Shown here in pieces: positions 42,001-54,000 of a stretch of DNA of 64,000 nt (the stretch's first letter is position 1; every line of letters begins with the position of its first letter). This DNA is from Negaprion brevirostris (lineage: Eukaryota). The DNA lies in the NCBI GenBank assembly GCA_030324005.1, contig JARDVH010000084.1:53032666-53096665 (forward strand), in the 5' to 3' direction. Under the pieces are notes generated by a model. It ran no database searches. It saw only the letters and a list, made by a program, of their open reading frames with translations, and was not told where the DNA came from. The position numbers were made by a program, and so were the translations under genes.

Positions 42001-45000
42001 GTATATAGTCCTGGGACAGCTTTGATACAAGTCAAGTACCTTTTCAGAGGGGTAAAGTGCCCTTTGTGAGCGGTAAATTGCCCTTTGAGATTGTTAAAAG
42101 TAGATATGAATGTGTTTTAAACAGTGCATAAACTCATTGGAATGGTTAAGAAAGCTGGCTCTCTTTAAATTGCTTGCCCTCTAAATATCTGAAAAAAAAC
42201 TGTCAGTGTTTAATAAAATTCCTTGCTATTTTATGCTACCTGTTGACGTAAACCTGAGGTCTATCATTGCAGTCGTGCTAACCTGTCATTACAATGGGGT
42301 GTCTGCTAGTTCACAGTTTGAATGACAGCTCCAAGTAATTATAAAGTTTTTGAAGTGAGACTATGAATGCAAATGCTTCTTTCTATAAGGGGTTAAATAA
42401 AGTTAAATGTGATGTGTGGATTTTTATCAATTAAGAGGGTCTTTTTGAATTTGTGAATTAATCAACTTACACTTAAGAAATTAACTTAAACTCAGCACGG
42501 ACTTTGATGCTCGTCCTTGGTGGACCCTGGATGTGTTGGCATGGAGCATGCAAGGGAAAAAGGATGGTGGGGGGCCTGGGTTAGAAACTGGGTGTTCTCC
42601 AGACCAGATTCTCCAAGGCATTCACCATCCTCCCCATGGAGACCTTGATGTGAGCACATGTTGCTACCACTTCACCAGCCATCAGATGGACAAAGTCCTC
42701 CGCCTCATACTAATTTGTTGGGCAAATCTGACACCTCTGCCTGATGCATCCCACCTCTCACTGCATTTCCAGCATCTTTCCAGACTATTCCCAGAAACTT
42801 GTCATCAGGCTCTGACTTGGCAGGGGCCTTTTCCCCAGTAGTCCTCCAGGTATTGGTGACCATGGCTGATCTATCTCCTGCTGTGGACTTAATTGTGTGC
42901 TATGACCATTGAATGCGAGAGCCTGCCTGAACTCATTTTAATATCTGCAATAATGTGTCTCTGGGCTGGTGGATGCTGCAGGCGATTCCTGTGATAGCTC
43001 AATAGGTGCAATATCATTATAATCATCATCCTCCTCACTCCTCTGCGAGCTGGGGCTGGAGTTAGATTGAGGCTTAGTGTCTAAGGCCTAAACCCTTTCT
43101 TGCTAGACCCTGAAATGGAAGGAGGAGAAAACAAATGACTATATGGCCTGCCTCCAATATAGTACTGAGCATTTAGGTTTCAATATGAAGACATGAAGCA
43201 TGGTTCCTCGCTGGATTATGGGTAGACACTGACCTCACTGTCTCCACATCCAGAGCCTTGAACCTCATTGCTAGCTCAGAAGCCCACTCTTTGAATGATG
43301 TGAGAAATTAGAGATTGGGCATGCCCTGTCTTGTCTTCTCTCTCACAACTGTACATTAACTTGCCCTAAGCAACGAAAAAAGATGTTTTGACAGCATTTG
43401 GGATGCACATGACATTCACATGGCTGCCAACCTTCAGCCACACCCCACTGGCAAATGTGTGTCAATGTAAAAAATGCAATGCAACTATTCCCTGACGCCG
43501 TTAGCAGCACCCTTGGGGGCCGTGCCTTTGAGAGGGGAGTTGGCACTTGCCACTTTGCAGGAGTGTAGTGATGGGTGGGCCACCTCTGCCTATTCTTCGA
43601 GTAAAGGACATCCTTCTCATCTTCCACTGCATTTAGTAGCATTTGTAGCCACTCATTACTGAATCCGGGGGCCAGTGCACCATAGCTTCTGCGTGCTATC
43701 TCCTGCTCTGTTATAAAGAGCAAGATAAAAGTAACTGTCTGGGTGTCTTTTAAATATACACTTGGATAGGCCTGGAGAGGATGGCGAGGATGTCACATCT
43801 TACCCACTCTACAATGAAATACATTGGAAAATCCTGCCTCCGTAATTAATGGGCCTAGTATTGTGTGTTTTGGGCAATTTCTTGCTAGACTCCACAACGG
43901 CAAACACTCTCGCTTTCCACTCTGATCACAGGACTTAGGTCCAGAACTGACGATTCCATCGCTGGTATGTGACAGAATTACATCTATTGCAGTATAAAGA
44001 AGGTAGTAAAACTTATTGTGTTTATTAAACTCACTACAAGTGGTAATAGCAAGATGGTAGCGGAATGATTTATCAAACACACATAAAATTAAATCAAAAA
44101 CCTGTGCTACAAGGACAAACTTTTGAGCTGCTTTATGTTTTTAGAATTTGCAACTGAAACTGAAAAGTCAATTATACCTAAACGTTATGATGACTTACCA
44201 TGTACCCTTACCAAATACTCTCGGTCATCATCCCCTGCTGTACTGGAAGCTAGGCAAGTATACCTGCCTGTATGTTGTACCTGCCAAGGGAAGAATACAG
44301 AAGTCTTAAACTAAACTGCACTTAATTTTTTTTATGGTGTCACTCCTCTGTCATGATGCTTTTTTGTTATGTTACAACAAAGCTCATACTAATGGGAAAG
44401 GTTGCTGAAATGATAGTGCATTGAATTTTGCCAAATGAATCAAGAACACCTGGAGGGGATAGTCTCATATTACTTCAACACAACTGCCAATGAGGAAAAC
44501 GCCTAATACTTTATGACTCTCAGCATATTGAAGAACAAATTANNNNNNNNNNNNNNNNNNNNNNNNNNNNNNNNNNNNNNNNNNNNNNNNNNNNNNNNNN
44601 NCTTGGTACTGAATCATATCACCAGTCATGCTATATAGGTTAAGCTGCAAAGAAGTAGTGGTCTCAAACTAATATCTGCCGTAAGGAGTTCTGATATGTC
44701 TGAATTGAACCTTTCACTGTTCTCAACTCAAATTTAAACTCTCTGATCAGATTTGGTATGGTCATGTTATAACCGTTATTGAGAGAATTCAATGAGTCAA
44801 TATTCATAATTGTAAGAATTAGGAGCAGCAGTAGGCAATTTAGCCATTGAGCCTGCTCCATCATTTAATATGATCATAGCTGATCTTATCTTGGCCTTGA
44901 CTCTATTATCCTGCCCATTCACCACAGCCCTTCAAACCCTTCCTAACTAAAAATCTATCCACCTCTTCCTCAAATGCTTTTGTGGGCACCAATGCCTCCA

Positions 45001-48000
45001 CAATTCTCTGGCCGCCAGATTTCCAATGCCATCAGCTCCATAGCAGAAATTGGTTTGGAGCTACATAAATTATGGTAATACACATCTGATTCTATTTTAT
45101 ATCCCATTAGCAGGTGCAGGAATGAAGTCTCTGGGCCCGCTAGTGTCTCACCCTGCCAGGAGTGGTTCACTCCAACAGCGTTTACTGTAGCTCTGCATTT
45201 GTGGGGAGCTGGTAGCTGGACCCTGCTGGAGTGAAGGGGAGCAATTGACCCCCCCCCCCCCCCCAGAGGGTCAAAGATAAGGGGATGCCTCATGGGCATT
45301 GCCACCTTGGCAGTGCCAGCCTGGCCCCTTGGCACTGCCCAGGTGTATCTTGGCAATGCCCACTGGGCATGTGGCAGTTCCCAAAGGGGAGGGGCCTAAT
45401 GGGGTGGGGCCTAAAGGGGGAATTCTGCTGCCACAATGCATAGGGAATAAGAACAAAGGAAGGAGGTGGGGAGATCGAGGTGGGCCAGATTGGGGGAGGT
45501 GGTGGGTTGTAGCTGGCCCAGATATGTTCTTGGGGCCAGCAATTGGGCCGTGGTGGACTCAGAGGGGCAGCGATGGAGGGGTGCCATGCCAGCCAACGAT
45601 CAAGCTGGCCGATAATTGGGAGGCCAGCAGTGTAAGGCTATTACACATGTGCTGATCTCAGCCCTGACAGAACAATGCATGTGCAGTGCTATGCTGCTGG
45701 CTTCTTCAGTGGGATAGGTCCTGCTCACTGATATTTGGAGTGATTTATGCTGGTGCACTTTGCAGTGCACAAAGTGTAGGAGATTAATTTTGAAAATCCC
45801 ACTAAAGATAACCAGCAGGATTTACTCCAGTTTTTATGCAAATTTTTTTATAGGAGAATCCCACCCATAATTTCTCCTCATCTTTGTTTTAAATCTTCAT
45901 CCCTTATCCTAAACCCATGACCTCTTGTTCTAGATTGCCCTCCATGTCAACTTTGTCAATCCCCCCCCTTATCGTCTTGTACACCTGAATTAGATGTCTT
46001 CTCATACTTCTAAATTCCATGGACTATAGGCCTAAACTGCCATATCTGTCCTCATAAGTCAAACCCCTTATCTCTGGAATCAATCTATTGAACCACCTCT
46101 GAACTGCATCCATCCTTAAGTAAGGGGACCAAACGGTACACAATATTATAAGTGCAGTCTCATTAATGCTTTGTACAGTAGCAGCACCACTTCACTACTT
46201 TTATATTCTTTTCCTTTAGCAAAAAGTGCCAATTTTCATTTGCCTCCTTTATTATCTGCTACTTTTCTGTGATTCATGCACAAGAACACCCAGATTCCTC
46301 TGTACCAAAGCACTCTGAAGTTTCTCTCTATTTGGATAATGATTTACCTTTGTATTTTTCCTACTAATAATCTCACACTTATCCACGTTAAACTCCACCT
46401 GTCCAATTTTGCCCCACTTAATCTATCCATATCCATAATTCTCAGAGCCAAGCTTGCATGTTGGAAACTTAAGTATCAGAGGTCACTGCAGTATGTACAA
46501 CATGCAAGATTTTTCATCAATTAACGTCAATAGTTCGACAATAATGTGGGCACATTGGCCTCTGCATCTGGATTCCTGATGTGCACTACCGTTGCATAAA
46601 ATTTGGCGTCAGAATCACATTAACTCCATGTATTGGGTAGTGTAATATACAGTAATTGTGAGAGTGTATTTAATCACATGATTTAAAACAAAGTGCAATA
46701 CAAGAGTGGTTTGAAATCAGGACAGATTGAATTGTGATAAGCAGTGAGAGATCAGTTTAAAGAAGTATTAGTGCTAGAATATGTGCAAACTATTCGAACA
46801 ATATTGTTTAAGATTTAACCAATCCTAGGAGCTCCTTCACTCTGTACTTAAACTTTTAATATTGCTGAAGAGCAGAGAGGGTGGTAAATCTTTTCTAAAA
46901 TAAAAGCATTTGATGAAACCTTCCTTAATTACTAATGGTGTGGAGATGACAGTTTAACCCAAATAACTGATTTGGTCCACTCATAAGCAGGTTCTTGTGT
47001 AGAATTCATACCAACAATATAAAAGTTATGAATCCATATGGTGAGGATTTGCATAACATTAATTTTTAATTATTGGTAAAACTAAAAGTAGATATAGTTC
47101 AAGCCAATATAGTTTATCTCTATACAAATGGGTGTATTAGTGCACCTGAGCATTCACTATTTTCAACACTTCACCATTGTGAAGGACATGAATGGCATCT
47201 GTTTGTGGCAATGGCCGTCCATCCTTAATCCAAGTCAGTTTGGGAGTTGGGATGCCAGTGGCAATGCAGCGAAGTTCTAGGGGATTGTTCACAACTACAG
47301 AGGTTTCCTCTGTGAAATTGGAGCCATTGATATGAGGCGGATCTGCAATAAAAAAAACTTAGGTTAAAGTTTTTCACTCCTTATGCAAGGTGACCTGAAC
47401 TAAGTGAACAGAAGAAAGGAAAATACCTGGGGAATAAGTGACAAACCTAATTAGGTTCAAATTGAAAATAGGTAAGATAAAGAGTTAAAACTTTTGGAAT
47501 TGAAAATAAAATAGTTCAAGTGTATAGAGTGCACACTTACTGTTCACAAGTTTATTTGCAGTTGTCAACATTTTGGTCTTGTGTTAGTATCAAAATTTAT
47601 CATTCTAAGTTTTTTTAGTTTATTTGTGAATGTCACAAACAGGCTTACATTAACACTGCAACGAAGTTCGTGTGAAATCCCCTAGTCGTCACACTCCGGC
47701 GCTTGTTCGGAACACAGAGAGAATTTAGCAATGCCAATCCACGTAACCAGCATAGTCTTTTGGACTGTGGGAGGAAACCGGAGGACCTGGAGGAACCCAT
47801 GCAGACACAGGAAGGCTGTGCAAACTCCACACAGACAGTGGCCCAAGCTGGGAATCGAACCCAGGTGCCTGATGCTATGAGGCAGCAGTGCTAACCATTC
47901 TACATCACCATTTTCCATTCTATATTGCAATGTCAGCTGTTACCTGTAAGGCTTGGTCATTGGGGTTGCTCTTTGGAACAAGTTTCTGAAATTTCTCTCA

Positions 48001-51000
48001 CCCAAGTGCCATTTTGGGCAAATTTTAAAAAAAACTGTATATCTATCACCTACTTAACCATTGACAATGCCAAGGACAACTTATTAGTTGTTGTCCATTA
48101 TTGTTGATGAGATCTTTTCAACTTACCCAGCACTTTCAAATTGAAGTGTTTGTTGACCTCACCAGCTTCATTGGCTGCCACACAGGTGTATTTTCCTGTG
48201 TCTTTCACCTCAGCTATGGAAATCTCCAGTGACATTCCCTGGTTTCTAACAGTCATGTGAGGGCCTAATTTGAGGGGGTGTGATTCTTTAAGCCAAGCTA
48301 GTGTCGGAGCTGGAGTTCCATCAGTGATGCACGTTAGAGAAACTGGATTTCCTTTTACAACAGTGAGGTCTTCTGTGGCACCAGCATCATCCAGCCTTGG
48401 AGGAACTACAGGCGACAAAGACAGCTCAGTTAAGACACCGTAAACCATCATTTGATTAAATCCATTCATCCTAAATGTATACTTTAATTGCAGGATCGTG
48501 CCTCCTTGCTGTTAGTAACAAAATCATAAATGGGTTCTCACAACTTTACCGCAAATCAGGGGAGATCTTCCCCAGTGTGACATATTCAGTCTTTATATAT
48601 TTGTCCCCTCTCACAATAAACAAAGTCCAAATAAACATGGCAGCCAATCCATAAAACCCAAAAAAGAATCATTGCTCAGTATCAAGATCTTATGTAGGAG
48701 TTACTGAGAATCAAGATGGAGGCTTGGAGGTGGAGTGGAAGAAGGGATGGTGGATGGGTTCAAGAGATCGGAGTTGGTTAAGGAGTGAGGGGGAGGTGTT
48801 TGGAAATCTGACGAATGGTGAGCTTGGGAGTATGGTTTGAGGGATCTTATATGAGGATAAAATGGGGAAGGAAAGTTCTTGAACTAATGATTGTTACATC
48901 ACGGGATGTTTCAACAAAAGTAGCCACTGGGGCTGAAACTTAAACAAACATAATAGTGAAAGACCGCCTTCACTTGCAAAGCCTCATGTTGCTCACCGTA
49001 ACAGCACTGTTGATGACAACCTTTTTCATTGAAAGAGAAATCTCTGTGCAGGAAAGCTGAAGTTGCACTGTAAACATACCCAAAGCTGTTCAGATGGTTG
49101 GAGGTTGGACATACCCTGGAAAATGCACAGTAGGGCCCATGAGAAGACCCAATGCAAGGACTCAATGAGAATTGCTCTGGAGGTTTGAACTTCTGATGGC
49201 CAATTCTCTTACTTCCTGGAACCCTCCAAAAAAGTCTCCAACTCTGAGTTAGAGTCAGATGTTTACTTAACTGGACAATTACCCAGAAAATATTGTTAAG
49301 GAAAAACCTTGGACAAACTCCTGGGTAACTATATAATTAGACCCCACAATTGCTCAAATGAACACCCAACAATCACACCCAACTTGACCTGTTTAGCCCT
49401 AGACCACAGGCTGCTGTGGGACTGTTGCAAAGTAATGCACATTTCCCTGCTTACAAACTCACCATACACTATTAGGTTGTAATGTTTGTTATCCACACCA
49501 GCTCGATTAGAAGCCACACAAGTGTAGGTACCAGCGTCTGACATCTGCGTTCGTACAATTCTGTAAGAAAGTAATAAATAAGTACAGAAGTATCAAGTTT
49601 CACTGCAGACTTATTGGAGGGATCAAGATGGTGGTGGTGGGTGAAGTGTTATTGATTAATTTCATTTTTTGTGGTTATAATTTTTGCTATTCCTCAAGTA
49701 CATTATTGATGCTGAAAATTCGAGCTGGATGGATGAAAGACCAAACACAGCTCATCATGTGGTACTGCGTGGAAGCAACTCACAGGAAATGTTTGGCTTT
49801 TCCTTAAGTTCATCCATTTAGCAATCTCCTAGTTGGAATTGGGAAATAATAAGTGTAAAGGAGCATAGCAACAGGTGAGAAATATTTAGATCTCTATCTG
49901 TTCAGCCACTCTATCAGATCATGCTTGATCTGCAATCTTAATACATATATCCACTTTTGCCTCATACTCTTCAGTTACTTTGATGAACAAAAATATATCA
50001 ATCTCTGATTTAAAATTAACCAAGGTCTCACATCAATTGCCCTTTGTGGAAGAGAGTTCCAAACCTCTACTGCTCTCTGTTTATAGAGGTGTTTCCTAAT
50101 CTCACACCTGAAAAGGTCTGGCTCTAATGTTTAGAAAATGCCCTCTGGTCCATAATCCCAAACCAGTGGGAATAATTTCTCTCTTCCTGTTCTATTTGCT
50201 GCCCTTAATAACTTGAACAATTTGATTAAACCGGCCTTAAACTGTCTAAATTCTACTAGTTTGTGCAATCTTTCCTTGTCATTTTGCCAGTATCTATGCT
50301 GAAATCCTGCTCACAGTACACACTGGCATGGTTAAAGTGGAGCTTTGTATAGCAGAAGCATGGACTTTATCCTCTTGCATTCTAATCCTTCAGATATAAT
50401 GGCAAAGTTACCATTAGCCTTTTTCATTATTGACTATATTGTTTCCAGCTTTCTACTATTTAGAAAGTATCTTGTTCTGTCCTTTTCAGATTCAAATTGG
50501 TTGATCAACATTGATTTGCATATATTAAAATACACTTGCCACAATTTTTCACTCAATCTAGTAATATCCTTTATAATATTATTATTCAATCTACACTATT
50601 TGCAACATTGCCTACGTATTTATCATTGTGGAACTTGACTATGTGATTTTCTATCTCATCACTTAAGTTATTAATAAATTACTGAATAGTTGAGGCTCTA
50701 ACACAGCTTCTTACGGGACATTATCATCATATTCTGCCGTTTAAAGAAGCTGCCTCTTATCCCAATTTTCTGTCTCCTGCTGCTCAGCCAATCTCTTGTC
50801 CAGGTCAATAACTTACTTCCAATTTGGAGCTTCAGCTTTTGCTAATAGCATCTAATGAGTAATTTACCAAATGCCTTCTCAAAGTTGCATTACCATTCTT
50901 TTGCCCACTACTTTAGTCACCTCTTCAAAAGAATTTTAGTTTCACCAGGCCCAACCTAAACTTTCCCAAATCCAAAGTAAAAATAGAATGGTGGAATTAC

Positions 51001-54000
51001 TCAGCTGGTCAATTTCCAGCAACAGCTGTATTCTGATTTACATTTCCATGCTGGTTTTCTCTGATCAACTAGAAATTTTCAAGGTCCTCAGTCATCTTAT
51101 TCTTAATTATAGACCCCTGTAATTTTCCTGACAAAGATGCCAAACTAGCTCTTTTAATAGAAGAGTGATATGCAAAATTTTTATTTCTAAATGAAAGTTC
51201 CTGAATCAAGAGAACTTTGGAAGACTTCAGTCAGAACGTCTGCAATTTTCTTACTCACTTCTTTTAAAATCATTGGATGGAAATCTTTAGTGCCACTAGT
51301 TTAGGTTAGATTTCCTTGAGACACCCAAGGTGCTGACTTCTTCTTCAGTTACAAACATTGAAGCAAATTAATTATTTAACTTGCCTGGCGCTTCCTTATT
51401 TTCATTGAACATATTACCAACATCAGTTTTCAAGAGATTTACATTGCTCTTAACTATCCTCTTTTTCCTAGTAGAATAAGAATTTTGATAAACCTTGCAT
51501 GTTTATTTTTATACATCTTGTAGCTTTCACTATCCATATGTCACCTATTGCCGTTCTTTGTATCCATCTTTTCTATTCCCTAGGATCTGTCCTACATTAT
51601 TGCATTACATGTGCTATTGTACAATTGCTCTTTTGTCATCTCTTAGCTCTTTAGATCTTTATGCTTTTTTTTATAGAATCCCTACAGTGCAGAAGGTCAT
51701 TCAGTCCATCGAGTCTGCACCAACAACAATCCCTATTCCCTAGGGATTGTTGTCGGTGCCCTAGTCCCACAAACCCACGTAATTATCCCGCTAATCCCCC
51801 GACATGAAGAGGCAATATAGCACTGCCAATCCACCTATCATACATCTTTGGACTGTGGGAGGAAACCAAAGCATCTGAAGGAAACCTATGTAAACACAGG
51901 GAGAACATACAAACTCCATACAGACAGTCACCCAAGGCAGGAATTGAACCCAGGTCCTTGGCGCTGTAAGGCAGCAATGTTAACCACTGTGCCACCATGC
52001 TGCTATTAAAACTTTAGTGTAGTCAAAACAAATTAAAGCAAACATGCTTAAAATGCATAAGAGAAATGTTTTTGCTTCTCCAACCCTACCCACCCCAATA
52101 AAAAGGATGTGAGATACCAACATTTTACATACCAGACAGCTGAAACACCCTACTAACTTAGAACTGGTTTGGAAGAAAAGGGAACAATATCTGATGAATG
52201 TACCATATTAAAAGAGTCAATCTTGGGTCATAATTTGAAATTAGATCTGTATAGTTCAAGTACTGTTGCCCTAAAATCAAATCATTATTAGTTCATCTCA
52301 TGGAATTTCCTTCAAAGTTAACTGAAGCTTCTTCCACTTGTTGTGGAAGGGAAGAGTGACTTGTCAATCAATCTTCCCCCTCACAATACAAGATCATAAA
52401 AGATCCTCGAGTAAAAATAAACCAAGCCCCATTTAAGCCATTGAAGTGACAATAAAAAGATTTCTAGCTGATGGCCCGGCAACAATGAGGAAAAAAAACT
52501 CAAAGTCTGCTTAAGCTGCAGAAAACACAATTTTAAAAAATTTCTTAAAGGTACACTAACATCATAGAAGTTCCTGCAATGGGTTGATTGTTTGGTACTG
52601 TGACATTCAATTCTGCATTGATACTTCTCTTGCATTTCACAGTCCACTGAGATTTTACAAATAATGGTACAATGAGAACAAGGAGATTTCTTGAACCATA
52701 AAGTGGGATGAAAGCCTGTTTTCCCATTCTTCAGGTCTATCTCAATCTATGGGTGCATGTACTCCAATTAAAGTCTCACCCCAATACTGATACAAACATA
52801 AAATTTCAATGCACTATTTCCATTCACTCACATTCCACAATAATAACTCAAACACAAATTTCCCATCATGTATTTACTTTGACAAGTACTCTTGCCCCTT
52901 AGGAACATGAACTCAATCTGTATCACATTAACTTCTTTTTTGAACAATTCTCACTGTGCTTCTTTATCTTTATACTTTAACAGACTTGTCCAGTTTACTG
53001 TAAATAGTCTGTATCTTCACTGCATGGAAATCAACCTTACCTAAATCTAGAAGTTTAATGGCTGTTTCATGTTTTTCCCTTTCAAATGCTACATTGAACT
53101 TGATTATCTAATGTCTGCCATTAAACAAATGCTCACCGATTCCTCAGTCAATAAAAACATCATTCTCAAACCTTTAGTGTGATGAAAGTGTGCTATTGCT
53201 ATAGGTGTATATAGTTTTTTTATGCTTAGGGAGACTGTTTTAAAGTTCATTTTTTTTAAAGCAGTGGGTATATCTGGTGGGAATGCAGCTCAGATGCTGG
53301 GAGATCAGGATAATTACTCATTTTAGCCATGTAGCGTTTACTTAGGAGAAAGCGAATGGATTTTTATTTCTGGAGGAAGATTTCATCTGGGGTTTTTGAT
53401 TAGATTGATTGACAAGAGCATGTGATAATGTGGTTAATAGGAGGTGCTAGGTATGTAGCAGAGAAAAAAAGCTTTCAGTTCTGGCTAGAGTTTGTTTAAA
53501 GACAGAGGTCTGCAGGCTGCTCTCTCCATAACATCTCTCTGAAAGCTTCCAGGATGTTCACATTCTTTACTGCAAGTACATTTATGGTTGCTAATTGTAT
53601 TTAAAATGGTTTTTGAGTCATAGAATCATAGAAACCCTACAGTACAGAAAGAAACCATTTGGCTCATTGAGTCTGCACCAACTACACTCTCAACCAGGCT
53701 CTATCCACTTATCCCTATATATTTACCCACTAATCCCTCTAACTTACGCATCTCAGGACAGTAAATGGCAATGTTAGCATGGCCAATTAACCTAACCCGC
53801 ACATCTTTGGACTATGGGAGGAAACCAGAGCGCCCAGAGGGAACCCACACAGACACAAAGAGAATGTGCAAACTCCACACAGACAGTGACCCAAACCGAG
53901 AATCAAACCCCAGGTCCCCGGAGATGTGAAGCAGCAATGCTAACCACTGTGCTACTGTGCTGAGTCTGTAAAAAGAATGTTGCTTATTTGAAATTGAAAC

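Noticed and set aside
47140-47146. Weak GTGCAC donor of exon H as a non-canonical splice site
   Set aside because: It is still a GT donor with a strong exonic CAG and the correct phase.
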